Shown here piece after piece: positions 28,957 through 39,048 of a DNA stretch of 64,000 bases; the first letter of the stretch is position 1, and each line of letters opens with the position of its first letter. The notes beneath the pieces are model-generated. The model made no database searches, was not told the DNA's origin, and saw only the letters and a list, made by a program, of their open reading frames with translations. The stretch comes from an uncultured bacterium (GTDB lineage: Bacteria; Krumholzibacteriota; Krumholzibacteriia; Krumholzibacteriales; Krumholzibacteriaceae). The stretch spans positions 96,001-160,000 of the forward strand of contig CAWFAD010000010.1 of assembly GCA_963813815.1 (NCBI GenBank), given 5' to 3'. The translations under genes were made by a program, and so were the position numbers.

Positions 28957-30261
28957 ATGATCGACTGGAAGGACAAGCGGGAGTTCTGGATAGCGGGGGC
29001 GCGGATCGCCGATCCCGGCGCGGAGCGGATGCGCGTCGGCTCGGTCTGCGTGCAGCGGGGAACGGTCTCGGAAATCGTTTGGCAGAAGAGCGTCGATACG
29101 GACCTCCCCGTGCTCGAGGCGGATCGCTTCGTGCTCGCGCCCGGCTTCATCGACGTCCACGCGCACCTGCGCGAGCCGGGATTCGAGGACAAGGAGACGA
29201 TCGAGACGGGCACCGCCGCCGCGGCCGCCGGCGGGTACACGGCGGTTCTCTGCATGGCGAACACGAACCCCGCGATCGACGATCCGAGCGTCGTGGAGTA
29301 TTTGAGCCGCCGGGCGGCGCTCGCCGGGCACTGTCGCCTCTACATCGCCGGCGCCCTCACGAAGGGGCTCGGGGGCGAGATCATCAACGAGTACGGGCTG
29401 CTGAAGCGCGCCGGCGTTTCGGCCCTCAGCGACGACGGCCGGTGGGTGACGAACAGCCAGGTGATGCGGACGGCCCTCGAGTACGCGAACCAGCACGCCC
29501 TCCCCGTGATCGCGCATTGCGAGGATTCGTTTCTCACGCAATCGTCCCTCATGAACGAGGGATACCACTCGACCCGGCTCGGACTTCGCGGCAACCCGGC
29601 CGCCGCGGAGGAAATCGCCGTTTCGCGCGACGTCATGCTCGCCGCGCTCACCGGGGCGCGTCTCCACGTGGCCCACGTCTCGACGGCGGGATCGGTCGAT
29701 ATCATCCGGCGCGCGAAGAAGCGGGGCGTGCGCGTGACGGCCGAGGCGACGCCGCACCATCTCACGCTCGACGACTCTCTCCTCGAAGGCTACGACACGA
29801 ACCTCAAAGTGCAGCCGCCGCTGCGCGGCAAGAAGGATATCGAGGCCCTTCGCGCGGGCCTGCTCGACGGGACGATCGACTGCGTCGCGACCGATCACGC
29901 CCCGCACACCGAGATCGACAAGCAAGTCGAGTTCGATGAGGCGCCCGCCGGCATGATCGGGCTCGAGACGGCCTTCGCCCATCTCCACACGGCTCTCGTG
30001 AAGCCGGGGATCGCCGATCTCCTCGATCTCGTCAGGTTCCTCACGGCGCGGCCCGCGGAGGCGCTCGGACTCGGCGGCGGATGCATCAAAAAGAACGCGC
30101 CGGCCGATCTCGTGATCATCGATCCGGAGGAGGAATGGACGTACGAGCGCGCGCTCATCCGGTCGCGCTCGAAGAACACGCCGCTCGCGGGTGCGGCCTT
30201 CACGGGAAGGGTGCAGGGCATTTTTCTCGAGGGCAAATGGAGAAGCGCCATTACGGGTTGA
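28957..30261 (+). CDS. pyrC: Dihydroorotase
   Basis: PGFIDVHAHLREPG, AAAAGGYT, MANTNP, HCED, HVAHVST, TPHHL, ATDHAPH. Confidence 0.95.
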   Translation: MIDWKDKREFWIAGARIADPGAERMRVGSVCVQRGTVSEIVWQKSVDTDLPVLEADRFVLAPGFIDVHAHLREPGFEDKETIETGTAAAAAGGYTAVLCMANTNPAIDDPSVVEYLSRRAALAGHCRLYIAGALTKGLGGEIINEYGLLKRAGVSALSDDGRWVTNSQVMRTALEYANQHALPVIAHCEDSFLTQSSLMNEGYHSTRLGLRGNPAAAEEIAVSRDVMLAALTGARLHVAHVSTAGSVDIIRRAKKRGVRVTAEATPHHLTLDDSLLEGYDTNLKVQPPLRGKKDIEALRAGLLDGTIDCVATDHAPHTEIDKQVEFDEAPAGMIGLETAFAHLHTALVKPGIADLLDLVRFLTARPAEALGLGGGCIKKNAPADLVIIDPEEEWTYERALIRSRSKNTPLAGAAFTGRVQGIFLEGKWRSAITG

Positions 30262-30332
30262 CGGGCGCCCCGGCGAACCGTCCCGAATCGACGCGCGGGC
30301 GCGGCAGGGCGCGCCCGGCGAGGAGCCGCGGC

Positions 30333-31823
30333 ATGAACGGACGAGCGGGTGTCGGTCTTCTCGCGGCGGCGGCGCTGCTCGCCGCCTGCACGGCATCGTG
30401 CGCCTATTACAACACCCTCTACAACGCCCGGAAGATCTACCGCGAAGCCGAAAAGGCCGCCGCGACGGGCGGCGCCCAGCCGCGCGAGCAGCGCGACAAA
30501 TACGAGAGCGTCGTCGAGAAGTGCGCCAAGGTGATTACGGAATACCCGAAGAGCCGCTGGATCGACGACGCCGTCTTCCTCATGGGCATGGCGCTGCTGC
30601 GGCAGGACGAGTACGATAAGAGCATCCGGAAATTTCAGGAGATTCTGACGAACTTCCCCGAGGGCGAATACGCGCCGCAGGCGCGGTACTGGATCGCTTT
30701 CGCGCGATACCGCAGGGAGGACTACGAGCCGGCGCTCGCGGACGTGAATCGATTCCTCGATGAGTATCCCCGGCACGAGCTCCTCTTCGAGACGCTGTTC
30801 CTCGGCGGCGATATCGAGCGCGCCCTCGGAGAGGACGAGGCCGCCATCGCGTTCTACGGGCGCGTCGCGGAGGCGGGCGCGGAGGACGATTTGCTCGACG
30901 AGGCCCGCGTGCGGAGCGCCGATCTCTTCTTCGAGCGGGGCGATTGGGGACGCGCGGCGGCGAACTACGAGCGGGTGCTCCGGAAGGGGCTCGCCTGGGA
31001 GCGCCGCTACGCGATTTCGCTCCGGCTCGGCGAATGCCGGGCGCGGACGGGAAAGTGCCGCGAGTCGCTCGAGCTCACGGACGGATTGATGCAGCGGGCG
31101 ACGGCGCAGCAGGTGCCGCCGATTCTCCTCGCGCGCGGGGCAGGGTACGAATGCATGGATTCCCTCGGCGCGGCGTTCGCCGCGTACGACGAGGTCATCG
31201 CCAAATACCCGAAGTCCCTCTTCTCCGCCGAGGCCTACTACCGGAAGGGCGTGCTGCTCGATGAGCGGCTCGATTCGCTCCGGGCCGCGGAAGAGGCCTT
31301 TTCGAAGGTGGGCGGGGAGTACGCGAACTCTCCGTTCGCGGCGGAGGCCCTCGAGAAGAGCGGCAGCATGAAGCGTCTCCTCGACCTGCGGCGCGCGGGG
31401 AAGGGCGGCGAGACGGCCGATCAGGCCGCCGAGAAGCTTTTCCTGTCGGCCGAGATACAGCTCGTGAAGCTCGGGGAGGTCGAGAAGGCGCTCGCCGGAT
31501 ACGAAGCGGTGCTCGACAGCTTTCCCGCCGCCGCCGTCGCGCCGCGGGCGGCCTACGCCGTCGCCTGGATACAGCGGTACCGGCTCGACCGGCCCGATTC
31601 GGCGGCCGCGCTCTATCGCGAGCTCGTCGAGCGGTATCCCCGGTCCCCGCAGGTCAAGGGCGCTCTCGACGAGCTCGAGACCCTCGTCGAGGGGGATCTC
31701 GTGCCGCGGCTTCGCGCGTACGCCGATTCCGCGCGGGCGGCACTCGCCGAGGCCGCCCGGGATACGCTCGCTCTCACGCCGCGACCGGATTCTTCGGCGA
31801 CCTCGCGGGGAGGCAACCCATGA
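30333..31823 (+). CDS. TPR lipoprotein (BamD- or SprE/PorW-like)
   Basis: Lipoprotein signal ending TASC-AYYNTLYNA; KCAKVITEYPKSRWIDDA; many TPRs. Confidence 0.75.
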   Translation: MNGRAGVGLLAAAALLAACTASCAYYNTLYNARKIYREAEKAAATGGAQPREQRDKYESVVEKCAKVITEYPKSRWIDDAVFLMGMALLRQDEYDKSIRKFQEILTNFPEGEYAPQARYWIAFARYRREDYEPALADVNRFLDEYPRHELLFETLFLGGDIERALGEDEAAIAFYGRVAEAGAEDDLLDEARVRSADLFFERGDWGRAAANYERVLRKGLAWERRYAISLRLGECRARTGKCRESLELTDGLMQRATAQQVPPILLARGAGYECMDSLGAAFAAYDEVIAKYPKSLFSAEAYYRKGVLLDERLDSLRAAEEAFSKVGGEYANSPFAAEALEKSGSMKRLLDLRRAGKGGETADQAAEKLFLSAEIQLVKLGEVEKALAGYEAVLDSFPAAAVAPRAAYAVAWIQRYRLDRPDSAAALYRELVERYPRSPQVKGALDELETLVEGDLVPRLRAYADSARAALAEAARDTLALTPRPDSSATSRGGNP

Positions 31824-32635
31824 GCGCTGCGGGTAAGGGGCTCTGGAAGGCCGCGCTTCGGCGCGTCGCGCATCTTTCGCCGTCCTGCAGTCTCCTCGTG
31901 TTCGAGCGTCCGGCGGGATTTCCCGACGCCGAGCCCGGCCAGTTCGTGTCGGTCCGCGTATCGGGCGCCCCGGCGCCGCTGCTCCGGCGTCCCTACAGCA
32001 TCATGGACCTCACCGGCTCCTCGCTCACGCTGCTCGTGAAGTCGGTCGGCCGCGGCTCGGAATCGCTGCGCTCCGCGCGAGCTCGGGAGCGGTTCGACAT
32101 GATCGGTCCTCTCGGCGGCGTTTCCTTCCCGGGGCCGGGGGAGGCGGATGCCGTGTTCGTCGCCGGCGGCACGGGGCTCGCCCCGCTCCTCTTCGCCGCG
32201 CGGGCGTGGCGCCGCGCGGGGATCGCCGCCCGGACGACGCTTCTCTACGGCGCCGCGACGAAGCGCGAGCTTCTCGGCGATCTCGTGCGGACGGCCTTCG
32301 GGGCGTGCCGGTTCGCCACGCTCGACGGCAGCGCGGGGTTCCGCGGGGACGTCGTCGCGCTCTGCCGCGATCTCATCTCGCGCGGGCGAATGCCGGAGGG
32401 CGTTCTCTACTCGTGCGGGCCGCGCGGCATGGTCCGCGCGCTCGAGGAAACGGCCGGCGGAAGTTTCGCGGCGCATTACACGTCGCTCGAATCGATCATG
32501 GCATGCGGCGTCGGCGCGTGCCGCGGCTGCACGGTGCCCGTTCGCGGCGGGGGTGGAAGCGTCCTCAAGACGATCTGCAGCGACGGAACGGTTTTCGAGG
32601 CGCGCGACATCCTCTGGGAGGAGTGGGAGGAATGA
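31820..32635 (+). CDS. pyrK: Dihydroorotate dehydrogenase electron transfer subunit
   Basis: PGQFV, LRRPYSI, GPLG, AGGTGLAP, SCGP, MACGVGACRGC...C. Confidence 0.92.
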   Translation: MSAAGKGLWKAALRRVAHLSPSCSLLVFERPAGFPDAEPGQFVSVRVSGAPAPLLRRPYSIMDLTGSSLTLLVKSVGRGSESLRSARARERFDMIGPLGGVSFPGPGEADAVFVAGGTGLAPLLFAARAWRRAGIAARTTLLYGAATKRELLGDLVRTAFGACRFATLDGSAGFRGDVVALCRDLISRGRMPEGVLYSCGPRGMVRALEETAGGSFAAHYTSLESIMACGVGACRGCTVPVRGGGGSVLKTICSDGTVFEARDILWEEWEE

Positions 32636-33546
32636 AAGCGCACGGACCGGCGTTCTCCATCGGCCCGGCGGCGTTCCGGAACCGGGTGTTCCTCGCCTCC
32701 GGCCCGGCCGGGTACGGCACCGAGTACGAGGGGCTCATCGATCTCGGGCGGCTCGGCGCCGTCGTCACGAAGACCATCACCTTTCATCCGCGCTCCGGCA
32801 ACCCGGGACGCCGCCTCTGGGAAACGGGGGCGGGGCTCCTCAACAGCATCGGGCTCGAGAACGTCGGCGCGCAGCGGTTTTTCGCCGAGAAGCTTCCGCG
32901 TCTCGTCGAGGCCGGCGCGCGTCCCGTCGTGAGCCTCGGCGCGGAGGATTGGGACGAGTACCGCTCCCTCCTCGACGCCGCCGCCGCGGCGGGCGTCGTC
33001 GACGCGGCGGAGCTCAACCTGTCGTGCCCGAACGTCGACCGGGGCGGGATGAGCGTCGGAGCCGATCCGGAGCTCGTCGAGCGGTACGTGCGGGCGGCGC
33101 GCGAGGCGCTGCCCGGGGCGGCGATCATCGCGAAGCTCACCCCAAACGTCGCCGACGTCACGGTTCTCGCGCGGGCCGCGGCCGAGGGCGGGGCGCACGC
33201 CGTGACCGCCATCAACACGCTTCTCGGAATGGATCTCTGCGGTTCCGCGAACGAGCCGGTTTTCCGGCGCGTGCGCGCGGGCCTCTCGGGGCCGGCGATA
33301 TTCCCCGTGGCGCTCGACGCCGTGTGGCGGATCAGCCGCGCCGTCGAAGTGCCCGTCGTCGCCTCGGGGGGCGTCTCGTCGGTTCTCGACGCGCGAAAGT
33401 TCCTCGCGGCCGGAGCCGCGGCCGTCGAGGTCGGCACGGCGATATTCTACGATCCCGGCCTTCCCGAGCGCATCGTCGACGCGCTGGAAGAGGCCGGCGC
33501 GGACGGCCCTCCGGAGACGAAACCTCGAAAGGGGAGAAAGAAATGA
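32632..33546 (+). CDS. pyrD: Dihydroorotate dehydrogenase (family 1B)
   Basis: LASGPAG, GNPGRRLWET, LNSIGLEN, ELNLSCPNV, AKLTPNV, AINT, GLSGPAI. Confidence 0.93.
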   Translation: MKAHGPAFSIGPAAFRNRVFLASGPAGYGTEYEGLIDLGRLGAVVTKTITFHPRSGNPGRRLWETGAGLLNSIGLENVGAQRFFAEKLPRLVEAGARPVVSLGAEDWDEYRSLLDAAAAAGVVDAAELNLSCPNVDRGGMSVGADPELVERYVRAAREALPGAAIIAKLTPNVADVTVLARAAAEGGAHAVTAINTLLGMDLCGSANEPVFRRVRAGLSGPAIFPVALDAVWRISRAVEVPVVASGGVSSVLDARKFLAAGAAAVEVGTAIFYDPGLPERIVDALEEAGADGPPETKPRKGRKK

Positions 33547-34268
33547 AGGTCAGCCGCGCCGCGCCCGCCGTCATCGCCGCCCTCGACGTCGAGGATCGCG
33601 CCCGCGCCCTCGCGCTCATCCGCGCCCTCGCGCCGGCGATTTCGTGGTTCAAGATCGGGAGCCGCCTCTTCACGGCCGAGGGCCCCGCGATCGTCGAGGA
33701 GGCGAGGAAGCTCGGAGCCTCGATATTTCTCGACCTCAAGTTTCACGACATACCGCAGCAGGTCGCGGGCTCGGTGCGCGCCGCCTCGGCGCTCGGCGTC
33801 TCGATGATGACGATCCACGCGTCGGGAGGCGTCGAGATGATGCGCGCGGCCGCCGGCGCCGCGGCCGAGGAATCGGAGCGGCTCGGAGTCGCCCGGCCGC
33901 TCGTCGTCGGCGTCACGGTGCTCACGAGCCTCTCGGCGGAGGATCTCTCGCGGCTGTTCGGAACGGCGGGCTCGGCGCGCGATCAGGTGCTCCGGCTCGC
34001 GGCGCTCGCCGGCGAGGCGGGGATCGACGGCATCGTGGCGTCGGTCGAGGAGGCGCGCGCCGTCAAGGGCGAGCTCGGCGAGCGGTTCGTCGTGGTCACG
34101 CCGGGTATACGGCCCGCCGGCGCCGACGCTGGCGACCAGAAGCGGATCGCCACCCCCCGCGCGGCGCGGGACGCCGGATCGGACTTCCTCGTCGTCGGAC
34201 GCCCGATCATCGAGGCGCCTTCGCCTGTCGACGCCGCCCGCGCGATCCTTCGCGAGCTCGGGGAGTGA
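33543..34268 (+). CDS. pyrF: Orotidine-5'-phosphate decarboxylase
   Basis: AALD, FLDLKFHDIP, VTVLTS, VTPGIRP, DQKRIATP, VVGRPI. Confidence 0.95.
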   Translation: MKVSRAAPAVIAALDVEDRARALALIRALAPAISWFKIGSRLFTAEGPAIVEEARKLGASIFLDLKFHDIPQQVAGSVRAASALGVSMMTIHASGGVEMMRAAAGAAAEESERLGVARPLVVGVTVLTSLSAEDLSRLFGTAGSARDQVLRLAALAGEAGIDGIVASVEEARAVKGELGERFVVVTPGIRPAGADAGDQKRIATPRAARDAGSDFLVVGRPIIEAPSPVDAARAILRELGE

Positions 34269-34273
34269 GCGGA

Positions 34274-35554
34274 ATGACGAGGGCCGTGATCATATTCCTC
34301 GCCGTGTACGCGGGACTCGTGATCGTCCGCAGCCGCCGTTCGCTCATCGCCTGGGGGGGCGTGGCGGTCGCGCTCGCGGCCGGATGCCTCCGGTTCGGCG
34401 AGATCGCGCCGAGCGTCAACTGGAACGTGCTCGGGATCTTCGCGGGGACGCTGCTCGTCGCGGAGCTCTTCATTATCTCGCGGGTTCCCGAGGCGATCGC
34501 GGATACCCTCATCAACCGCAGCCCGAACCTCGGCGTCGCCTTTTTCTCCATCATCGCCTTCACGTCGGTTCTCTCGATGTTCGTCGAGAACGTCGCGGCG
34601 ACGCTCATCGTCGCGCCGGTGGCCCTCCAGCTCGCGCGCAAGGCGGACGTGTCCCCCGTGCCGGTCATTATCGGACTCGCCGTGAGCTCGAATCTGCAAG
34701 GAACGGCGACCCTGATCGGAGACCCGCCGAGCATGATCCTCGGGGCCGCGATGAAGATGAACTTCATGGAATTCATCTTTTACCGCATGCGCGACGGTTC
34801 CGGCGAGATCCGGCCGGGCATCTTCTGGTTCGTTCAGGCCGGAGCCGTCGTGAGCCTCGTGGTGCTCTACTTCTTTTTCAGGGGGATGAAGCGCAAGCCG
34901 GACCGCATACCCGTGACCCCCGTGGCGAGCCTCGTTCCGGGCATGATGCTCGTCCTCATGATCCTGCTGCTCGCGCTGGCGTCGTTCGTCGATCCCGACT
35001 TCGTCTGGTTCGGCGGCGCCGTCTGCATGGCGGGCGGGATCGCGGGGGTGGCGTGGTACGGGATGCGCGACCGGAGCCGGGCCGGAAGAATCGTGCGCGG
35101 ATTCGACTGGGACACGGCGGCGTTTCTCGCGGGGGTGTTCGTGCTCGTCGGGATGCTCGAATCGCGCGGCGTGATCGACGCCGTCGTCACGCGGCTCGCC
35201 GGTCTGCGCGGAATGAGTCCCTTCGCTCTCTACTCGATCGTCGTATGGGCGTCGGTTATCCTGTCGGGATTCATCGACAACGTGCCGTATGTCACCGCGA
35301 TGCTTCCCGTCGTTTTGAAGCTCGCCCCCCAGATCGGCGTGCCGGTGGAGGCTCTCGCTTTCGGCCTCCTCCTCGGCGCGTGCATCGGCGGCAACATAAC
35401 GCCGATCGGCGCCTCGGCGAACATCGTCGCCGTGGGGCTTCTGCGCCGCGACGGCAGGGCTGTGTCGTTCGTCGATTTCATGAAGATGGGCGTCCCCTTC
35501 ACGGTTGCGGCGACCGCCGTTTCCTACGTCGCTCTCTGGTTGGTCTATCGCTGA
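34274..35554 (+). CDS. ArsB/NhaD/SLC13-type anion or cation transporter
   Basis: SMFVENVA, SNLQGTATLIGDPPS, SGFIDNVP, GGNITPIGASAN; polytopic. Confidence 0.85.
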   Translation: MTRAVIIFLAVYAGLVIVRSRRSLIAWGGVAVALAAGCLRFGEIAPSVNWNVLGIFAGTLLVAELFIISRVPEAIADTLINRSPNLGVAFFSIIAFTSVLSMFVENVAATLIVAPVALQLARKADVSPVPVIIGLAVSSNLQGTATLIGDPPSMILGAAMKMNFMEFIFYRMRDGSGEIRPGIFWFVQAGAVVSLVVLYFFFRGMKRKPDRIPVTPVASLVPGMMLVLMILLLALASFVDPDFVWFGGAVCMAGGIAGVAWYGMRDRSRAGRIVRGFDWDTAAFLAGVFVLVGMLESRGVIDAVVTRLAGLRGMSPFALYSIVVWASVILSGFIDNVPYVTAMLPVVLKLAPQIGVPVEALAFGLLLGACIGGNITPIGASANIVAVGLLRRDGRAVSFVDFMKMGVPFTVAATAVSYVALWLVYR

Positions 35555-35693
35555 GCGGCGCCCCGATTCACGTTGACGGCGGCGGCGTAATGCCATTAGA
35601 ATATTACGATTGAACGAACCTCCGAGCGGCCGGCGCGCGGGGGCTGCCGGCGCGCGCCGGAACGGCCCGCCGCCTTGGCAAAGGGGCGAAGCG

Positions 35694-36656
35694 ATGAAAA
35701 TCTTGATAACCGGCATCACCGGTTTCGCGGGGAGCCACCTCGCCGATCTGTGCCTCACGAAGAAGGACGTCGATCTCTACGGGATCATCCGCTGGCGGAG
35801 CAGAACGGAAAACATCGAGCACATCTGGGAGCGGGTGAAGCTTGTCGAATGCGACCTGCGGGATGCGACCTCGACGCGGGACACGATCGAGCAGATTCGC
35901 CCCGACTGGATCTTTCACCTCGCCGCGCAGAGCTTCGTGCCGACCTCCTGGGCCGCGCCGACCGAATCGCTCGTGACGAACATCATCGGACAGCTCAACG
36001 TCTTCGAGGCGGTGCGGAAGATCAAGCTCGATTGCCGCATACAGATCGCCTGCTCGAGCGAGGAGTACGGGATGGTGCACCCGGACGAGGTTCCGATCCG
36101 GGAGACGAACCCGCTCCGTCCCTTGAGCCCCTACGCGGTGAGCAAGGTGGGGCAGGACATGCTCGCCTATCAATATCATATGAGCTACCGGACCGACGTC
36201 GTGCGGACGAGAGGCTTCAACCACACCGGGCCCCGCCGCCCGTCGATTTTCGTCTGCAGCGATTTCGCCAAGCAGCTCGTGGAGATCGAACGCGGCCATC
36301 GGCCGCCCGTCGTCCGCGTGGGCAACCTCGAGGCCCGGCGCGATTTCACCGACGTGCGGGACATCGTGCGCGGATACTGGCTCGCGCTCGAGAAGGGGAA
36401 AAGCGGCGAGGTCTACAACCTCTGCTCCGGCCGGAGCCACCGCATACGCGACGTGCTCGACATGCTCATCGGGCTCGTCGGCCTCTCGGTCAAGGTGGAG
36501 CCCGAGCCCGCGCGGATGCGTCCGAGCGACGTGCCGCATCTCGAGGGGGACAACCGGAAGTTCGCGGACGATACCGGCTGGCAGCCCGAGATCCCGTTCG
36601 AGCGGACCATGCGGGATCTCCTCGATTTCTGGCGGAAAACCCCCGCGCGCGCCTGA
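35694..36656 (+). CDS. GDP-mannose 4,6-dehydratase / GDP-6-deoxyhexulose reductase-family SDR
   Basis: ITGITGFAGSHL, FHLAAQSFV, SSEEYG, SPYAVSK, FNHTGP, RRDFTDVRD. Confidence 0.9.
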   Translation: MKILITGITGFAGSHLADLCLTKKDVDLYGIIRWRSRTENIEHIWERVKLVECDLRDATSTRDTIEQIRPDWIFHLAAQSFVPTSWAAPTESLVTNIIGQLNVFEAVRKIKLDCRIQIACSSEEYGMVHPDEVPIRETNPLRPLSPYAVSKVGQDMLAYQYHMSYRTDVVRTRGFNHTGPRRPSIFVCSDFAKQLVEIERGHRPPVVRVGNLEARRDFTDVRDIVRGYWLALEKGKSGEVYNLCSGRSHRIRDVLDMLIGLVGLSVKVEPEPARMRPSDVPHLEGDNRKFADDTGWQPEIPFERTMRDLLDFWRKTPARA

Positions 36657-36673
36657 GCGAATCGGACGGTCGT

Positions 36674-37700
36674 ATGAAGGTTCTCGTCACGGGAGCATGC
36701 GGATTCGTCGGAGTTCACTGCGTCCGCGAGCTCATTGGCGCGGGGCACGAGGTCGTCGCGAGCGACATCGTCGATCCCGGCGGCCGGTCTGAGCGCGGTC
36801 CGGGAGGAACGTCCGGCCGCCGTTCCCCGTCGCCGTTTCCCGCGGACGTCGTGTTCCATAGGTGCGATCTCGTTCGCGCCTCGTCCGTCAGCGATCTCGT
36901 TCGCGACATCCGCCCCGACGGCGTCTCTGCATCTCGCCGCGCAGAGCTCGGCCGCGAGGTCGCTCGAGGACCCGCGCGGAACCATCGATACGAACGTGTT
37001 CGGCGCGCTCAACGTCCTCGAGGCCGTCCGCGCCGCGCATCCGCCCTGCCCGCCGGCGAAAACCGTCTCCGGAAAAACGCGCGTTCTCTCGATCGGCTCG
37101 GCGGAGGAGTACGGGGCGCGCCCCGCTTCCGAGATGCCCCTCGGCGAGGGGAGCTCCCTCGAGCCGGCGAGCCCCTACGCGGTGAGCAAAGCCGCGCAGA
37201 CGATGCTCGCCGCGCAATACGCGCGCTCGTACGGTCTCGACGTCATTGCGACGCGGAGCTTCGCCCACACGGGCCCGGGGCAGAGCGACCGCTTCGTGCT
37301 GCCGTCCTTCGCGAAGCAGTGCGCCGAAATCATGGCGGGTAAACGCCCGCCGCGAGTCCGCGTCGGCAGGCTCGACGTCGTCCGCGATTACCTCGACGTG
37401 CGGGACGTGGCGCGCGCCTATCGCCTCATCCTCGAGGGCGGCGAGGAGGGCGCCGTGTACAACGTGTGCTCCGGCGAGGGGCTCGCGCTGCGGGACGCTC
37501 TCGCGTTCTTTGCGGGGGCGTGCGGCGCGGAGGTGGCCGTGGAAGAGGATCCCGGCCTTCTGCGCCGGGCCGACATCGCGCTCCTCGTGGGGGACAACGG
37601 CAAACTCCGCCGCGAGTGCGGATTCGAACGGACGATCGGCGTCGAAAAGATGCTCGGCGATTTGTTCGCGCGCTGGGAACGCGTCGCAAGGGAGTCGTAA
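36674..37700 (+). CDS. Second GDP-sugar SDR paralog, frameshifted near 36926
   Basis: MKVLVTGACGFVG...IRPDGV, then LHLAAQSS...SAEEYG...SPYAVSK in a shifted frame. Confidence 0.85.
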
Positions 37701-39014
37701 ATGTTCAAGATTTGCGTGGTCGGAACGGGGTACGTCGGGCTCGTGAGCGGCGCCTGTCTCGCGGATTTCGGCAGTCGCGTCATCTGCGTCGATATCGACG
37801 AGGCCCGCATCGATTCCATCCGCTCGGGCGTCATGCCGATCTACGAGCCGGGCCTCAAGGATCTCGTCGAGCGGAATCAAGCCGCGGGGAGACTTCTCTT
37901 CACCGCCGATCTGAGCCGCGCCGTCAAGGAATCGACCGTCGTCTTCTCCGCCGTCGGAACGCCGCAGCGGGAGGACGGATCGTGCGATCTCGCCGCGGTT
38001 TTCCAGGCGGCGAAGGACGTCGCTTCGCATATGGAGGCGTACACCGTCTTCGTGCAGAAGAGCACCGTCCCCGTGGGCACGTCCGAGCGGGTCGGCGAAA
38101 TCATCGGCGCGAACCTCGCGCGCCCCGTTTCCTTCGACCGCGTCTCGAATCCGGAGTTTCTCCGCGAGGGATCGGCGATCGAGGACTTCATGCGTCCGAA
38201 CCGCGTCGTGATCGGCGTCGAGAGCGACCGCGCGAGGGAGATCATGCGCGAGATCTACCGCCCGCTCTACCTTCTCGAGACGCCGATCGTTTTCACGACG
38301 ATCCGGACAGCGGAGCTCGTCAAGTACGCGAGCAACGCGTTTCTCGCGACGAAGATCTCCTTCATCAACGAGATCGCCGAGCTCTGCGAGAAGGTGGGCG
38401 CCGACGTCGACGTCGTGGCGAGGGCCATCGGGCTCGACCGACGGATCGGTCCCAAGTTTCTGCACGCGGGGGTCGGCTACGGCGGCTCGTGCCTGCCGAA
38501 GGACGTCGCCGCCATCATCCATACGGCCGCGGAAGCCGGATCGCCGTTGCGAATCATCCGCGCCGCGGAGGAGGTCAACCGCTCGCTCGTCGAGCGGCTC
38601 GTCGAGAAGATGCTCGCGGAGCTCTCCTCCTTCGCCGGCCGGACGATCGCCGTCCTCGGGCTTTCGTTCAAGCCGAACACGGACGACATCCGCGAGGCGC
38701 CGGCGCTTCGCCTCATCGACCGGATCGTCGCCGGGGGCGGCCGGGTGAACGCGTACGATCCGGCCGCGATGGAGAACGTGCGCCGGCTCTACGGCGACCG
38801 GATCGCGTACTTCCGCGACTCCTACGGCGCGGTCGACGGCGCGGACGCGCTCGTCATCATGACCGAGTGGAACGAGCTGCGCGTGCTCGACATGGACAGG
38901 ATTAAGAAGTTCCTGCGCTCGCCGGTCGTATTCGATTGCCGCAACATCTACAAGAACGCCGAAATGGCCGCGTGGGGTTTTCGGTACCATTCCTTCGGCC
39001 GGCCGGGCGCGTGA
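37701..39014 (+). CDS. ugd: UDP-glucose 6-dehydrogenase
   Basis: GTGYVGL, PIYEPGL, KSTVPVGT, SNPEFLREG, GYGGSCLPKD, FKPNTDDIRE. Confidence 0.94.
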   Translation: MFKICVVGTGYVGLVSGACLADFGSRVICVDIDEARIDSIRSGVMPIYEPGLKDLVERNQAAGRLLFTADLSRAVKESTVVFSAVGTPQREDGSCDLAAVFQAAKDVASHMEAYTVFVQKSTVPVGTSERVGEIIGANLARPVSFDRVSNPEFLREGSAIEDFMRPNRVVIGVESDRAREIMREIYRPLYLLETPIVFTTIRTAELVKYASNAFLATKISFINEIAELCEKVGADVDVVARAIGLDRRIGPKFLHAGVGYGGSCLPKDVAAIIHTAAEAGSPLRIIRAAEEVNRSLVERLVEKMLAELSSFAGRTIAVLGLSFKPNTDDIREAPALRLIDRIVAGGGRVNAYDPAAMENVRRLYGDRIAYFRDSYGAVDGADALVIMTEWNELRVLDMDRIKKFLRSPVVFDCRNIYKNAEMAAWGFRYHSFGRPGA

Positions 39015-39048
39015 CGGCGCCGGCGTCGAAGAGGGGAAGGATCCGTCG

